A stretch of DNA of 63,331 nucleotides, filler included, from Chrysochromulina tobinii (GCA_001275005.1; 4 parts of 4 records of this genome joined end to end with filler, not necessarily neighbours in it), one strand, 5' to 3'; numbered from the whole stretch's first letter, positions 10,375 through 21,422 are shown. Notes: generated from the letters alone by a model not told the origin. Made by a program: numbers and translations.

Positions 10375-12804
10375 ATGGACTTGAGCACCTTCGCAGCTCC
10401 TTCGGGTGATTTTTCAGCCAAGGCGTGGGTCAACACTGCGCTCGCGGGCGCTACCGCATCCTCGGAGACTGCCGCCGCCCCGACACTGCTGACAACGCAC
10501 CTCTCCATTCTGCTGACGAAGCTGCAGCTCTCAGCCGCAGACGTCAACGACGAGGTTGGCCGCCGGTGCGACGAGCTGGCTGGCATGGCGCCGACAGTCT
10601 CTCGCGAGCTCGGTATCGTTCGTGAGCAGGCGGGAGCTGTCCGCGCCGAGCTCAGCACGCTGCTCGAGGAGGTCGCCGCGCTTGAGGAGCGCTCGGAGGC
10701 CTCCGTCGCGACGCTCCGTGGTGCTCTGCGGCTGCGCGAGCGCTTCGCTGCGGCGGTGCGCACGCTCCAGCAGGCCGAGGACGTCGTCAATCTACTGCGC
10801 AGCGTCGAAGCGTCCTTCGCGCGCAACGATCCGACCGCGTCCGCTTCGGTCGTCGTGCAGCTGGGCGGCGCGCTCGAGGCTCTCGACCCGACGCAGCTCG
10901 CGCGGCTCTTCCCCGACGCGCCGGCGAAGCTCAAGGGGCTTCAGGCGCAGGTGCTCGACCGGCTGCAGCCCGAGCTGCTGCAGGCGGTACGAGAGCACGA
11001 CAACGTCGCGGTGCACCGGCTGCGCGGTCTCTTCCTCGGGTTGCAGAGCGCGGCCACGGTGCGCGAGTGCTATGTCCAGTGCCAACAGGGACCCATCTTC
11101 GAGTGCTGGAACCTGGCGCGCCGTGGCGGGCAGCCGGCCGAAGCGCTGCGCGCGCTCTGGCGCTGCCTCGAGGAGACGGTGCCCAAGGAGCGTGCGTGGG
11201 TCGCCACCGTCTTCCCCGATGACGCGTCGCTCCTCCCGGCCGTACTCTCCGAAGCTCTCGAGGCGTTGGGGCCGCAGATGAGCGACCTGCTCGCGGCGCC
11301 GCTCGACGCTCACGGCGCGGCCGCCGCCGAAGGCGCGGACGCGAGCGCGCCCGCCGCCGCCGCGCCCGCCGCGCCCGCCGCGGATGAGATGAGTCCCGCC
11401 ATCGCCTCCCTCCTCGGGCTGGGCGCGCTGTGGACCGAAGCCCTGCGCCGTGTCGGGCATCTCGCGGCCAACCTCGGCGGCCTCGAGGCACCGGGCGTGC
11501 GCCGGATCGCGGACGCGCTGCTTCTCCCCTTCGAGCCGGCGCAGCGCCGGTACGCGCGCTCGCTACGACACCTCTTCACAGCGCGCCTGCCTCCCGTGCC
11601 CAGCTTCCCCAAGGACAGCGCGCGACGCGTCGTGGCGCATGCGGCGACGGCATTGGAGCGCTCGACCGCGCCCTTCATGGGCGTGCTGCAGACGGCCTGG
11701 ACGGCCGCGCTCGAGTTTGGCGGGCCGCTCGGTGCCGCAGGCGCCGCCGCTCTCCTATGCGACCTCACCGAGGCTCATGCGGCAGCTCTCGCGACGGCAT
11801 TGCCTCCGCTGCGTGCCAAGGCCCCGGGCGCAACCAAGCGCGCTCCCGGCGCGCTCCCGGCCGCCGCACCTGCGATGGACGGCACGGCCTCGGCGGAGGC
11901 GGCGCACGATGCGCTCACGCTGCTGCGGGCAGTGCACGGGTTGCGTGAGAAGCTCGTGCGGGCCGAGGCCGCATTCGACAAGGCACTCGGCCAAACGGCC
12001 AGGGCGTGCACCAGTGCACCGCTCCACACGGACGCACAGCGCGCCGCGGCGGCGGAGCTCGAGAGCGCCCTCCAGGCGCCGCCGACAAAGGGGGACGAGC
12101 TACCGGGGGGGCTCGGCCTCCTCCGTCGCGCGCGCGCGGCCGCGGGCCAGCTGCTCGCCACCGCGCAGCAGCTGGCCCTCGAAGCGATCTGTGCACCCAT
12201 CGGAGCCGCCATCAGCTCCATCCATGCTGCGGCCCTGATTGAAGTATGGCGCGGCCATGGCGCGTTGCATGGCAGCAGCGTGGGGGGCGACAGCGAGGCC
12301 ATCGCGGCCGCCATGCTCGCATTCTCAGCCACGCCGCAGTCGTACATCACGCACGCGGGCGAGGTGCTCCTTGCGATTCCGCAACAACTCGAGCCCTTCG
12401 CGGCTGACACGACGCTCACGCGGCTGCCTGCGGCGCTGCGCCGACCGTCCGCCCCCGTCGCCGCCGTTGAGGAGGCGCAGGAGGCGGACGAGGACGGGCT
12501 GGGTGACCTCGACGGCGCATCCGAATGGCTCGAGGCCGTTGGAGCGCATACGATCTCGCTGCTGCTCGAGGCCGTGAGAGCTCTTGAGCAGCTGTCCCTC
12601 CTGGGCGCCAAGCAGCTCGCCGCCGACGTGCAATACGTGGACAATATCCTCGCTGCGGGGCTCGGGCTGCCCGCGGACCCGCGCCTCACCGAACTCGTGG
12701 CCTTGCTCACCGCCGACGTGGCCGCGCTGCCCGAGTTGGTCGCATCCACCAAGGCGCTCCCAGATGGCTTTGCGGCGAGCATCCAGGCGAAGCGCGCGCG
12801 GTGA
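10375..12804 (+). CDS. COG7: Conserved oligomeric Golgi complex subunit 7
   Basis: MDLSTF...FSAKAWVN...LLTKLQL N-terminus; FSATPQSYITHAGEVLLAIPQQLEPF and GAKQLAADVQYVDNIL C-terminal motifs. Confidence 0.85.
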   Translation: MDLSTFAAPSGDFSAKAWVNTALAGATASSETAAAPTLLTTHLSILLTKLQLSAADVNDEVGRRCDELAGMAPTVSRELGIVREQAGAVRAELSTLLEEVAALEERSEASVATLRGALRLRERFAAAVRTLQQAEDVVNLLRSVEASFARNDPTASASVVVQLGGALEALDPTQLARLFPDAPAKLKGLQAQVLDRLQPELLQAVREHDNVAVHRLRGLFLGLQSAATVRECYVQCQQGPIFECWNLARRGGQPAEALRALWRCLEETVPKERAWVATVFPDDASLLPAVLSEALEALGPQMSDLLAAPLDAHGAAAAEGADASAPAAAAPAAPAADEMSPAIASLLGLGALWTEALRRVGHLAANLGGLEAPGVRRIADALLLPFEPAQRRYARSLRHLFTARLPPVPSFPKDSARRVVAHAATALERSTAPFMGVLQTAWTAALEFGGPLGAAGAAALLCDLTEAHAAALATALPPLRAKAPGATKRAPGALPAAAPAMDGTASAEAAHDALTLLRAVHGLREKLVRAEAAFDKALGQTARACTSAPLHTDAQRAAAAELESALQAPPTKGDELPGGLGLLRRARAAAGQLLATAQQLALEAICAPIGAAISSIHAAALIEVWRGHGALHGSSVGGDSEAIAAAMLAFSATPQSYITHAGEVLLAIPQQLEPFAADTTLTRLPAALRRPSAPVAAVEEAQEADEDGLGDLDGASEWLEAVGAHTISLLLEAVRALEQLSLLGAKQLAADVQYVDNILAAGLGLPADPRLTELVALLTADVAALPELVASTKALPDGFAASIQAKRAR

Positions 12805-13221
12805 GCTCTCCGTTCGCGCGCGAATTGGAGCGCGACATGTAGCGGGACGCCCGTCGCACACTGGCGGACCCGGGGAAATGTGCACGCGAATCGAGACGTC
12901 CAGCCTCGTTTAAGTTTAAGATGTTGAGGCTTGAGCGCATATTCATGGACATGTTCCTCTGACAACTCCGACAGGCATGATCACACCGATCACACATTCA
13001 CAACCGATCACAGATATCAGATTTGCATGCCCCGCGACCGCAACCACTTTTTGGTCCGTCGTTACACCCTCTCGACGGCGCAGGCGCACCTCACAGAGAA
13101 TGCAACTATTTGTTTCCCTCGTGAGCCCTTCAATCTGGTAAGCTGCAACGTTCGTTTCCTTGTGGGATCTTCGCGTCGTCGTGAGCCAGGTTTCGGATAG
13201 GTAACCGGGGCCGACGGTCGG

Positions 13222-14481
13222 ATGATCACTGGCTCGCCGTGGCAGCCGGCGACAAGCATACCGGTCGGATCTAAGGCGCGAACAGAGCCAGCTGCCGGCC
13301 GCCGTCGGCTGTGGCGCTGGGCGCCCGCCGCCGTGCTCACGACTTCATGTGCAGGCTGCTACATGGCTGTGCTGCTGCTCGCGTTGCTGCCCGCCGTTGG
13401 CGTGGCTGCCCCATTGGGCACGGACGCGGCGCTCGTCGGCTTCTCGTCGACAAGCACGTCGCTCATCTTCATGGCCTACCATCTCGTGTGGGCGCTCGCC
13501 GTGCTTGCGGCCCTGACGACGGCACGCATGCCTCCAGGCCACATCCCGCTCTGGCTCTACAGCCGCGAGCCTGGCGATCAGGCCTACTTTCACAACGTGC
13601 TCCAGGCGGTCGAGAAGAAACTCGACGGCTCGCTCCGCTTCTGCCGCAAATGCGGCGCGTTCAAGCCCGACCTCGCCCATCACTCGCGCGAGCTCGGCCT
13701 ATGCATCCTGTGCTATCAGCATTGGGACCTGTGGTCGAACAACGCCATTGGTTTCTACAACTACAAGGCGTACCTGCTTTCGCTGCTCTATGGTGTCTTG
13801 GCGCACGGAGTCGGATGCGCCTTGCTGCTTCCGGGCGTGCTGCGCGCGTGGCCGCAGGCCGACGCCTCGTACGCGCTCCTCGCGATGTGGATGGGCGGAG
13901 TGAGTACTCAGCCCGTCGCTGCAACGGCTATGCCCACGAGCCATGCACACGAGCCATTCACACGAGCCATGCACACGAGCCATGCACACGAGCCATGCAC
14001 ACGAGCTATGCACACGAACCCGATGTGGCCTGGCCGCCTACACCCCCTCCCACCGCCCAACGAGCGTGCGATCTGACGCGCGCATGAGTCCCCCCGTTCT
14101 CCTGCCTGCCAACCGCAGGCCTCTTCCGTCTGCGGATTTGCGTGCCTCAGCCTGCTGGGAAGCGCCGTGATGGGCGGCGCCTCGCTCGCGTGGCTGCTCT
14201 TCCACACGTGGCTAATCGCGCGTGGCCAGACGGCGCACACCTTCTTTCGGCAGTGCGGCCTCGTGGGCGCCAAACCTCCCAAACCACGCCAACAAGCCGG
14301 TCGCTCTCCCTTCGACTTCGGGCTGCGCGGTAACTTTGCGCGCACTTGCGGCAAGCAGCCTCTGCTATGGCTGCTGCCGACGAATCAGGGTGTTGAGGGC
14401 AACGGCATCTTCTTCGAGCTCAATGTCTCGACTAGAAGCTCCGACCCGCAAGGTTTCGGGCGTTATGGCGGCCCTGGCTGA
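13222..14481 (+). CDS. DHHC palmitoyltransferase-like protein with degenerate active site; intron 13900-14118
   Basis: RFCRKCGAFKPDLAHH...W.NN.IG..NYK; GQT (TTxE-like) and PFDFG..NF C-terminal motifs; GTGAGT..CGCAG intron restores the frame. Confidence 0.75.
13935..14018 (+). repeat. 15-nt tandem repeat (CACGAGCCATGCACA-like), about 5-6 copies, intronic
   Basis: Directly visible. Confidence 0.9.
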
Positions 14482-15100
14482 GGAGGGGCAGGGGTTCCGC
14501 GGACGCTCTGTGTCTTGTGCTCGTGTCACCTCTGATGACGGTAGTTATTAGTAAAGTTATTAGAATTAGCAATTACTCGATCCCTCGCGCGCGACGCGGT
14601 CGCGTCGACGAATCTTAGACGAGACGAATCACGTGATACCAAACGATACCACGAAAGACTACTTGAGCTTTCACTTGACCGATTCGCGCGAGGCCGCTAG
14701 CGACGAGGCATTCCCGCGCGTACACGCCTACTCACCTGTGATGTATGCGGAACGATCCAGTGACGCGCGCGCGTTCCACGAAGCCTTTCCGCAGCGAGCC
14801 GGAGGCGGAGCACGGTGCACGGAGCACGCTCGCGACCCGGCCTCAACCGACCGCACACCGCTCACCGGCATACGCTCCAGCGACGCCCCTCGCGTCAACA
14901 CGGCTCATGCGACGCATGAACCACACGTAACTCGTAACGGCGGCCCACACACGTACTCGATGGGGTACTGCGATGCGAGTAGCTGCTGGGGCCGTGCGGC
15001 ACAGGTACACGCGGCGTGGCTGCTGCTGCTATTGCGGCGGCGGAGGCGGCGGCGGTTGCTGCTGCTGAGCTGTCACACTGAAGTGCTGCGGCACACCCAT

Positions 15101-15570
15101 TCAGCCGCGATGCCGCTTTGCAGACAGCTCCAAGTCGGCGGCGCATTGCTGCCGTTTGCCAAAGCTGCCCCCCATCCTGTCTACCATCATTTGGTTGTGC
15201 ATGCATGCAAGCACCACTGGCGCTGGCGCTGGCAAGGCCGCTGTGGCAAGTGCGGCCCTTTCTGTCTCACGCATGATGTAAGAGTACTGCGCAGGAGCAC
15301 GCGAGCGGGATTTGTGTGTGAGGATATGTTCTGGCGCAAACACAGATGATGCGTTCGAAGCGTGCGAAGGACGCGGCGGCGCACCTCCTGCGAGAGCCGC
15401 TCATCCATGTACCTCTCCCAAGGCTCCTCGACTGGTTCACTAGCCGCGAGCTGCGTGCCATCGCAGTCCATGGCAGTTGTTGTTGCATCTCCCCAGCTTG
15501 TAAATGGTACAGGGGCGGCGGCGACGCCATCCCACGGAGAGCCGAAGGTTGAAGCCTCGATGCCCTCCAT
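15101..15570 (-). CDS. Small hypothetical protein (frame uncertain after about 15345)
   Basis: ATG at 15570 (MEGIEASTFGSPW...ERLSQEVRRRVLRTL); a second frame (15101-15343) may be the true C-terminus. Confidence 0.3.
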
Positions 15571-15786
15571 TTCTCTTTTCCAGAAAAAGCGCCAAAGGCG
15601 AAGTCTGACAGGAAGACAAGTCAAGTCGGGCCAGGTTTCCGATTGCCCGCCCAAACCGACGTTCTTCGAGAGTACATGAACCCGGTACATGTACCGTGGT
15701 AAAAATCCTGAGCGATCTCCTCTCATCACGGCACGCAACACGTGGCAAGCGACGCCGCGTCGCGGTTCGGGAACGCGTGCCGATCT

Positions 15787-17127
15787 ATGAAGCGCGCGCT
15801 GGAGTGCGAACCGATTGAGGTCCGTACGCGCCGCACTATCCCGGTCATCGGCGATAGCAAGGTCTTTGTCGGCCGTGATCTGTTGTCGTCCATTGCATCG
15901 GAGCTGACACCCGCCAATGGCATCAGGGCGAGCAAGTTTGTGATCGTGTCTGACGCGAATGTGTGGCCGCTCTATGGCAAGACAATCTTGGCGGGCTTTG
16001 CCGCGCTGCCCAATATGACTATCCATGATGTGGCTTCGTCAGCCGCCAAGGCGGAGGCAAATTCGCAGGCATTCAGCTTTGCAGACGCCTGTGGCAACTG
16101 CGGCGACCAGCCCATTGGTAGTAACGACGACGGCCAGCTGGTGCTCACTTACCAGATCCCAAGCGGCGAGGGCAGCAAGTGCCGCGCCGTGAAGGACGAG
16201 ATTGAGGACTTCATGCTCGCACACCGGTGCAACCGCGACACGTGCATGATCGCACTCGGTGGTGGTGTCGTTGGCGACCTGGTCGGCTTCGTGGCGGCGA
16301 CGTTCATGCGTGGCGTACCGTTCGTGCAGGTACCGACGTCCTCGACGGGGATGATCGATTCGAGCGTGGGGGGTAAGACGGCGATCAACGTGCCCGCGGG
16401 CAAGAACCTCATCGGCGCTTTCCACCAGCCCATCGCGGTGTACGCCGACATGGACTGCCTTGCAACCCTGGGCCGACGCGAGCTGGTGGAGGGCATCGCG
16501 GAGGCGATCAAGATGGGCGTCATCCGGATGCCATCGCTCTTCGAGCTGCTCGAGCGTCATCCAGAGCGGGTGATGGCGCTCGATCCTGAGCTCATCGAGC
16601 AGGTCATCTACGATTCGATCCGCGGCAAGGCTGAGGTGGTGGCATTGGACGAGAAGGAAGGGGGGCTGCGGAGCACGCTCAACTGGGGGCACACGATCGG
16701 GCACGCGGTCGAGGCGCTCAAATCGCCCGAGATGATGCACGGTGAGTGCGTGTCCGTCGGCTGCGTGGCCGAGGCCGAGGTGGCCATGCGCCTCGGTCGC
16801 CCCGACCAGCAGCTCGACGCTTCCAAGATCGCTCGGATCACCGCGTGCTTCGCCTCCTACGGGCTGCCGGTCCATGTGCCTCGGGGCTTGCCCATCGAGA
16901 TGCTCATGAAGAAGATGGCGCTTGACAAGAAGAATCGTGGTACGACCATCCGGTGCACTGTCGTCACTGACATTGGCATCTCGCTCGAGCAGCCACAGCC
17001 GTGCCCCAAGGACCTTATGGAGGCGGTGATGGCCGAATCGATGGCCGAGGGCCTCAAGCATCCCGAGTGGGTGCCCCACAAGGGCAACCACGGTGTCGCC
17101 GCTGCAGGTGGGCAGATGGCCAAGTGA
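15787..17127 (+). CDS. aroB: 3-dehydroquinate synthase, stand-alone
   Basis: ALGGGVVGDLVGFVAATFMRGVPFVQVPT, DSSVGGKTAIN, GKNLIGAFHQP, DEKEGGLRSTLNWGHTIGHAVE, HGECV, DKKN. Confidence 0.95.
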   Translation: MKRALECEPIEVRTRRTIPVIGDSKVFVGRDLLSSIASELTPANGIRASKFVIVSDANVWPLYGKTILAGFAALPNMTIHDVASSAAKAEANSQAFSFADACGNCGDQPIGSNDDGQLVLTYQIPSGEGSKCRAVKDEIEDFMLAHRCNRDTCMIALGGGVVGDLVGFVAATFMRGVPFVQVPTSSTGMIDSSVGGKTAINVPAGKNLIGAFHQPIAVYADMDCLATLGRRELVEGIAEAIKMGVIRMPSLFELLERHPERVMALDPELIEQVIYDSIRGKAEVVALDEKEGGLRSTLNWGHTIGHAVEALKSPEMMHGECVSVGCVAEAEVAMRLGRPDQQLDASKIARITACFASYGLPVHVPRGLPIEMLMKKMALDKKNRGTTIRCTVVTDIGISLEQPQPCPKDLMEAVMAESMAEGLKHPEWVPHKGNHGVAAAGGQMAK

Positions 17128-17508
17128 AGCAGACGTCGCGCGCACAAGCTCGTGCACAGCATGTGCAACGCTTTGTCTCGAGGAATGGTCTCGAGATAGG
17201 GCGACAGCAACCGCTGCCATCCACCTTGTGGGAAGTACGGCAATTGTCTCACGATGGCTACGCTTGGACTTCATGTTTGGCCATGGACTTGCACACATGC
17301 CTCTGTGACTCTGTGACTCTGCGTTTTCATACGTATCATCAGTGTGGCGCTCACTGGCTTTGTTCGACATGGTCATGCATGTCATGCGCTCATCTCATGC
17401 TTGTGGGGCCGTGAACCTGTTCACGTCGCTAATCCACTACACGCCTTCGGATACATGTACATGGCGGGGTTCGTACATGTGCAAGCTCTTTAGTGTCGCC
17501 ATTTCCCA

Positions 17509-17564
17509 GACTTGACTTGACTTGACTTGACTTGACTTGACTTGACTTGACTTGCCTTGACTTG
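17509..17564 (+). repeat. (GACTT)n pentanucleotide microsatellite, about 10 copies
   Basis: Directly visible, about 115 nt upstream of the ATG at 17680. Confidence 0.95.
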
Positions 17565-17679
17565 TTCCCAGACTTTTCCCGAAACGTGAACCGCCTCTCA
17601 CGTGAAAGTGTTGTTCGTCGCGGACGAGGCGTGGCCCGCGAGCCGCCCGTGCGTTTTTCGTGCTGCCAACAGTGCGAAT

Positions 17680-18237
17680 ATGCTTGCACGGGCTCTGGCT
17701 GTCACTTTCATCGCAGCAGTGCCACATCGTGCTCTTCGCACGACGACGCCATTATTGGCAGTCACTGGCCCTCTCTCAGGCCCCATGCCTCCTGGCTTTG
17801 AATTGCCCGCCGGCCGCTCTGGCATCATTTTGTTCGATGGGGTGTGCAACTTCTGCAACCGGTGGGTGAGTTTCGTGCTCGACAACGACCCCGAAGGTTT
17901 ATTCGCCTTTGCCTCCTTACAGTCCGACACCGGACGCAGCCTCCTGCAAAAGTGCGGACGAGAGGGATCAGATCTGTCAACTTTTGTAGTCATCGATGAG
18001 GATGGCTTCCACACTCAGAGTTCTGCCGCACTGCGTGTGGCCGCGACCCTGCGGAAGCCAGCACTCAACGTGGTCGCGGCCGCGTTCACACCGCTCCCGC
18101 TTCCCTTGCGGGACAGCGTGTACCGGCTAGTGGCGGAGAATCGATACAGCATTCTGGGCAAGGACGAGAGCGGTGGACCAGAGAGCTGCAAGCTCCGTGC
18201 CGATCTCGCACTGGTAGCGGAGCGCTTCCTCGGGTAA
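17680..18237 (+). CDS. DCC1-like (DUF393) thiol-disulfide oxidoreductase with N-terminal targeting peptide
   Basis: IILFDGVCNFCNRWV (DxxCxxC), FASLQS, RDSVYRLVAENRY; signal-peptide-like MLARALAVTFIAA followed by an Arg/Thr/Pro-rich segment. Confidence 0.88.
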   Translation: MLARALAVTFIAAVPHRALRTTTPLLAVTGPLSGPMPPGFELPAGRSGIILFDGVCNFCNRWVSFVLDNDPEGLFAFASLQSDTGRSLLQKCGREGSDLSTFVVIDEDGFHTQSSAALRVAATLRKPALNVVAAAFTPLPLPLRDSVYRLVAENRYSILGKDESGGPESCKLRADLALVAERFLG

Positions 18238-18719
18238 GAAGAAAACGTGTGCATACTCGGCTGCTAGGGGCACGTGGAGGAAGCGAAAGTCGGACATCGT
18301 GTCGTGTAATTTCAATATCGCCCACGGGCCGGCAAGGGTCCGTCCGGTCTGATGCGACGGTACCAAGTGCGTAAACGCGCAGAAAGGCGCCAAGTGTTAC
18401 TCACTTTTTAAAATAGTATACACCTCCGGTGGCAACCACAAAAAGTCCACAGACGTCCACAATCCCCTTGCCCGCTCGCGCGCGACGCGACCCGCTGCCG
18501 CGGTCGGGCCGGGGACGCGCCGCTCCTGGTCCTGGTGCGCCCAGTACCGCCACGCGCACACCTGCGCGTCTCCTCTTCATGCCGTGCGCAATGGAACGCG
18601 GAGAGCCGAGGACAAGCCGTCCCTAATGGACAATCTGGCCACGACTATGCAGCCATCAGCATCTTCCGTCATTGCCGGTGAAGCACGTTGTGCTTCAGCG
18701 GGAGGGCATCAGAGGAGAG

Positions 18720-19949
18720 CTATAGCGTCTTCTTACCGCTCCGCCGCTTGCGCTTGCGGCTCGCCTCGGAGGACGGCGCGATCTGCTGATGCACAACGCG
18801 CTCGGCCGTTGGCATCGCAGTGCTCGCCGCGTGCACTCCACCGTCGCCAGATCGGCCCGGATGTGAAACGGCGAGGGCCACCGCTAGGGAGGCGGTGCCA
18901 TTTCGCCCCCCGCACAGCAGTTGGTGCTGGTCACCACACCAGCGTGCCAGCCCGCCTTGAGCGCCGCCGCGGCTGTGTAAGGCATGCATGCACATCGCGA
19001 TCCACACGCTGCTGTACGCATCGAGCGCCGCATATCGTTGCTGCTGCGCGGTCAGAGGCCGTCGCTCCCAATTGGACCGCGAGACCGATTTGGGCTTCGT
19101 CAACTCATAGCCGCATGCCAACGCAAGCCCGGCGAGCCCGGGGCGAACCTTCTCACCTGGGCTGAGCGCGGGAAAGACGAAGCCCTCGCACGTCTGCAGC
19201 CGCGTCGCCACCCTGCCTATCTCGAGGATCGGGTGGCAGCTCAACCCACAATCGGACTGCAGCTTTAGGGCGTCCTCGGCAACACCACAGCCCACCTTCC
19301 ACACGTCCGGGTTTCCGAGCAGCCTCGCGAGCGTCGGCGGCAGCCGAGCGAGGTGGCGCACCGGCACGAGCACGCACCGCGTGCGCGACGCGACCTGCAC
19401 GAGCGCGATGCGATTGCGCGGCGCGCCGCTCACAAACGTTGGGCGCCACTCGACGTCGACGCCTAGGACGGGCTCGTTGACCAGAGGCTGCAGTTGCCGT
19501 TCGATAGAGTCCAAGTCATACTGCAGCTCCCATGGAGGCGGTACAAAGGCAGGCAAAGCATTCGAACGGGCTTCGTTGAGCCGCTGAGGTGGCTCAAGGT
19601 TTAGGTCGAGCGCTGGGATGGCCTCGGTGGTGGCCATCGCTTGCAACCGAGGCGATTGCCTAGTCTGCGCCGCCGGTAAGGCAGCTGCCTTTGCCTTCTT
19701 GGCCGCCTTCTTGGCCGCCTTCTTGGCCGCCTTCTCCTCCTTGGTCAGTGTCTTCTTCTGGTCCTCTTGCGGATTGAGGCTGGCGGCGGCGCCTTCCTCT
19801 TGTTGTGTTGTACATCCACTGGCACGGGACGGGAGTATTAGTGACGGCATCAGCGCTAGCCGGCTGAGTCGACGCTGATTGAGCTTTTCCTTGCGCTTCT
19901 GCAGCTTGCGCTTGCGTACGCCAGCACCCTCGCGACGAGCTGGCGGCAT
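18720..19949 (-). CDS. DEDDy 3'-5' exonuclease (WRN-exo/EXD2-like) with Lys-rich N-terminus
   Basis: LGVDVEWRP (ExoI), KVGCGVAEDALKL (ExoII), SNWERRPLTAQQQRYAALDA (ExoIII). Confidence 0.9.
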   Translation of the reverse strand: MPPARREGAGVRKRKLQKRKEKLNQRRLSRLALMPSLILPSRASGCTTQQEEGAAASLNPQEDQKKTLTKEEKAAKKAAKKAAKKAKAAALPAAQTRQSPRLQAMATTEAIPALDLNLEPPQRLNEARSNALPAFVPPPWELQYDLDSIERQLQPLVNEPVLGVDVEWRPTFVSGAPRNRIALVQVASRTRCVLVPVRHLARLPPTLARLLGNPDVWKVGCGVAEDALKLQSDCGLSCHPILEIGRVATRLQTCEGFVFPALSPGEKVRPGLAGLALACGYELTKPKSVSRSNWERRPLTAQQQRYAALDAYSSVWIAMCMHALHSRGGAQGGLARWCGDQHQLLCGGRNGTASLAVALAVSHPGRSGDGGVHAASTAMPTAERVVHQQIAPSSEASRKRKRRSGKKTL

Positions 19950-20161
19950 CGCGCTGCACAATGGCGCGTCGCCGTTTCAAAAGGACCAAATTCCGCACTC
20001 GGCAAAGAGGGAATCGTACAGATTCAGATTCTGCACGTCAAGCCCTGCATCATAATGTAGCCGCATTCACACATCATCGCGAGCCGCTTCGGCTTTTATT
20101 TGCGCGACGTCAAGGGGCTGGGCGACGTCGACCTCTCTCGACTCTCTCCACTCTCAAGAAT

Positions 20162-21205
20162 ATGGCTTTGACAGGATATCACCACGCGCACCCTACTCGT
20201 TCGCATCGTGCCCGCATCGCCAAGCGGCGACGTGCATATGCGCGCAAAAGACTGAAGCAGCAGCGTAGTCAGAAGCAGCTGGCGCAAGACCTTGCTGCGT
20301 GGCAAGATCTCGCCGCCCGGAGGCGTGCGCTTGCACACGCGGCTGCAGAGCGCGGCGAATCGTGGGAAGCACAAGCCGCTGCTCAAGGGCTGCCCATCGA
20401 CGAGCAAGCGTTTGCCCTGCATCGTCGCTGCGCAGCCTTAATTGCTGACAAGGGCTTGAGACGTGGGGTGCCTTCGTGGACACGCAAGGTGAGCATTGGG
20501 CCCATCTCTGGGTGGCATGCATATGAGCAAGCGGCGCAGATGCCCAAAGGGTCCGCGTTACGCGCCGTGGTGAGCGATAGCCTTTCGTTTCCGCTCACCG
20601 CCGCGCATGCTGCCCACATCGCGGGCGTCACCGCCGACGCGCACGGCCGCCTGTCGCTGCTCGTGCTTGGGCCCGAGGTCGGTTCCGAGCTGAGCGGGCG
20701 CTCGAAATGGGCTGAGCTTCTCGACGGCCATGGCCTCGGAGCCACGGAGCTGTGCGTCTGCTTTTGCGGGCCGCGCGTCCCGACCTCTCTCGACGGTGCC
20801 GAGCGGCGGGTATTGATCCCGTCGGGGGTGCTTCGCTTCGCCTTTCTGCGCGGCGTGTGGCACGACCCGCGCGTGCAGGCGCGCGTGCCGCTGGTCCACA
20901 GCGCGCCGCAGCTGGCGCTCGCGTTCAACTCCGGCCTCGCCGACTATGCGGCGGGCTGGCTGCCCACGATGCGAGCGCTGTTTTGGGCGCGTGGCATTCC
21001 CCTTGCGTGCACAAGCTATCACGCGCCAGAGGCAGAGTTGGACGCACGCACGCTCGCTGTCTCGATGCGCGTGCCGCTCCACCGCATGAAGTGCGGGCCC
21101 AACCCGTTCGCCTCTCGCCTGCCGCACCTTGATGAACTCGCTCCTGGGCTCACGTACACTGCCAACGCTTTCCTCACTGTCTGCCTGCCGCCGGCTGCCA
21201 GCTAG
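20162..21205 (+). CDS. MSS51 C-terminal-like domain protein
   Basis: SLSFPLT, LLVLGPE..SE, RGVWHD, P.LALAFNSGL...W.PT, NPFAS motifs; divergent from the exonuclease gene. Confidence 0.65.
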   Translation: MALTGYHHAHPTRSHRARIAKRRRAYARKRLKQQRSQKQLAQDLAAWQDLAARRRALAHAAAERGESWEAQAAAQGLPIDEQAFALHRRCAALIADKGLRRGVPSWTRKVSIGPISGWHAYEQAAQMPKGSALRAVVSDSLSFPLTAAHAAHIAGVTADAHGRLSLLVLGPEVGSELSGRSKWAELLDGHGLGATELCVCFCGPRVPTSLDGAERRVLIPSGVLRFAFLRGVWHDPRVQARVPLVHSAPQLALAFNSGLADYAAGWLPTMRALFWARGIPLACTSYHAPEAELDARTLAVSMRVPLHRMKCGPNPFASRLPHLDELAPGLTYTANAFLTVCLPPAAS

Positions 21206-21422
21206 CTCCCAGCTGTATTGTTCAAGCTGTATGGGGCGGGGCCCGCGCGGGGCGGCTGAGATCGTATTTTTGTGATGGATTATGAATGGATTATGGTCTG
21301 TGGGGAGGTATAAGTCACACTTTTCATCCATCCCCTCATAGATCCCGAGTGAGAGGGTCCCGCCCTGGACCCTCTGGGGGTCCGGCTGGACCCCTGGACC
21401 CTCTGGACCCTCCTCTGGACCC

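Noticed and set aside
14532..14570. CTGATGA as a hammerhead core
   Set aside because: No stem II followed by GAAA; ordinary 3' UTR-like sequence.
15787..17127. Sedoheptulose-7-phosphate cyclase / MAA biosynthetic cluster
   Set aside because: Motifs fit DHQS; no O-methyltransferase or MAA-type ATP-grasp neighbour.
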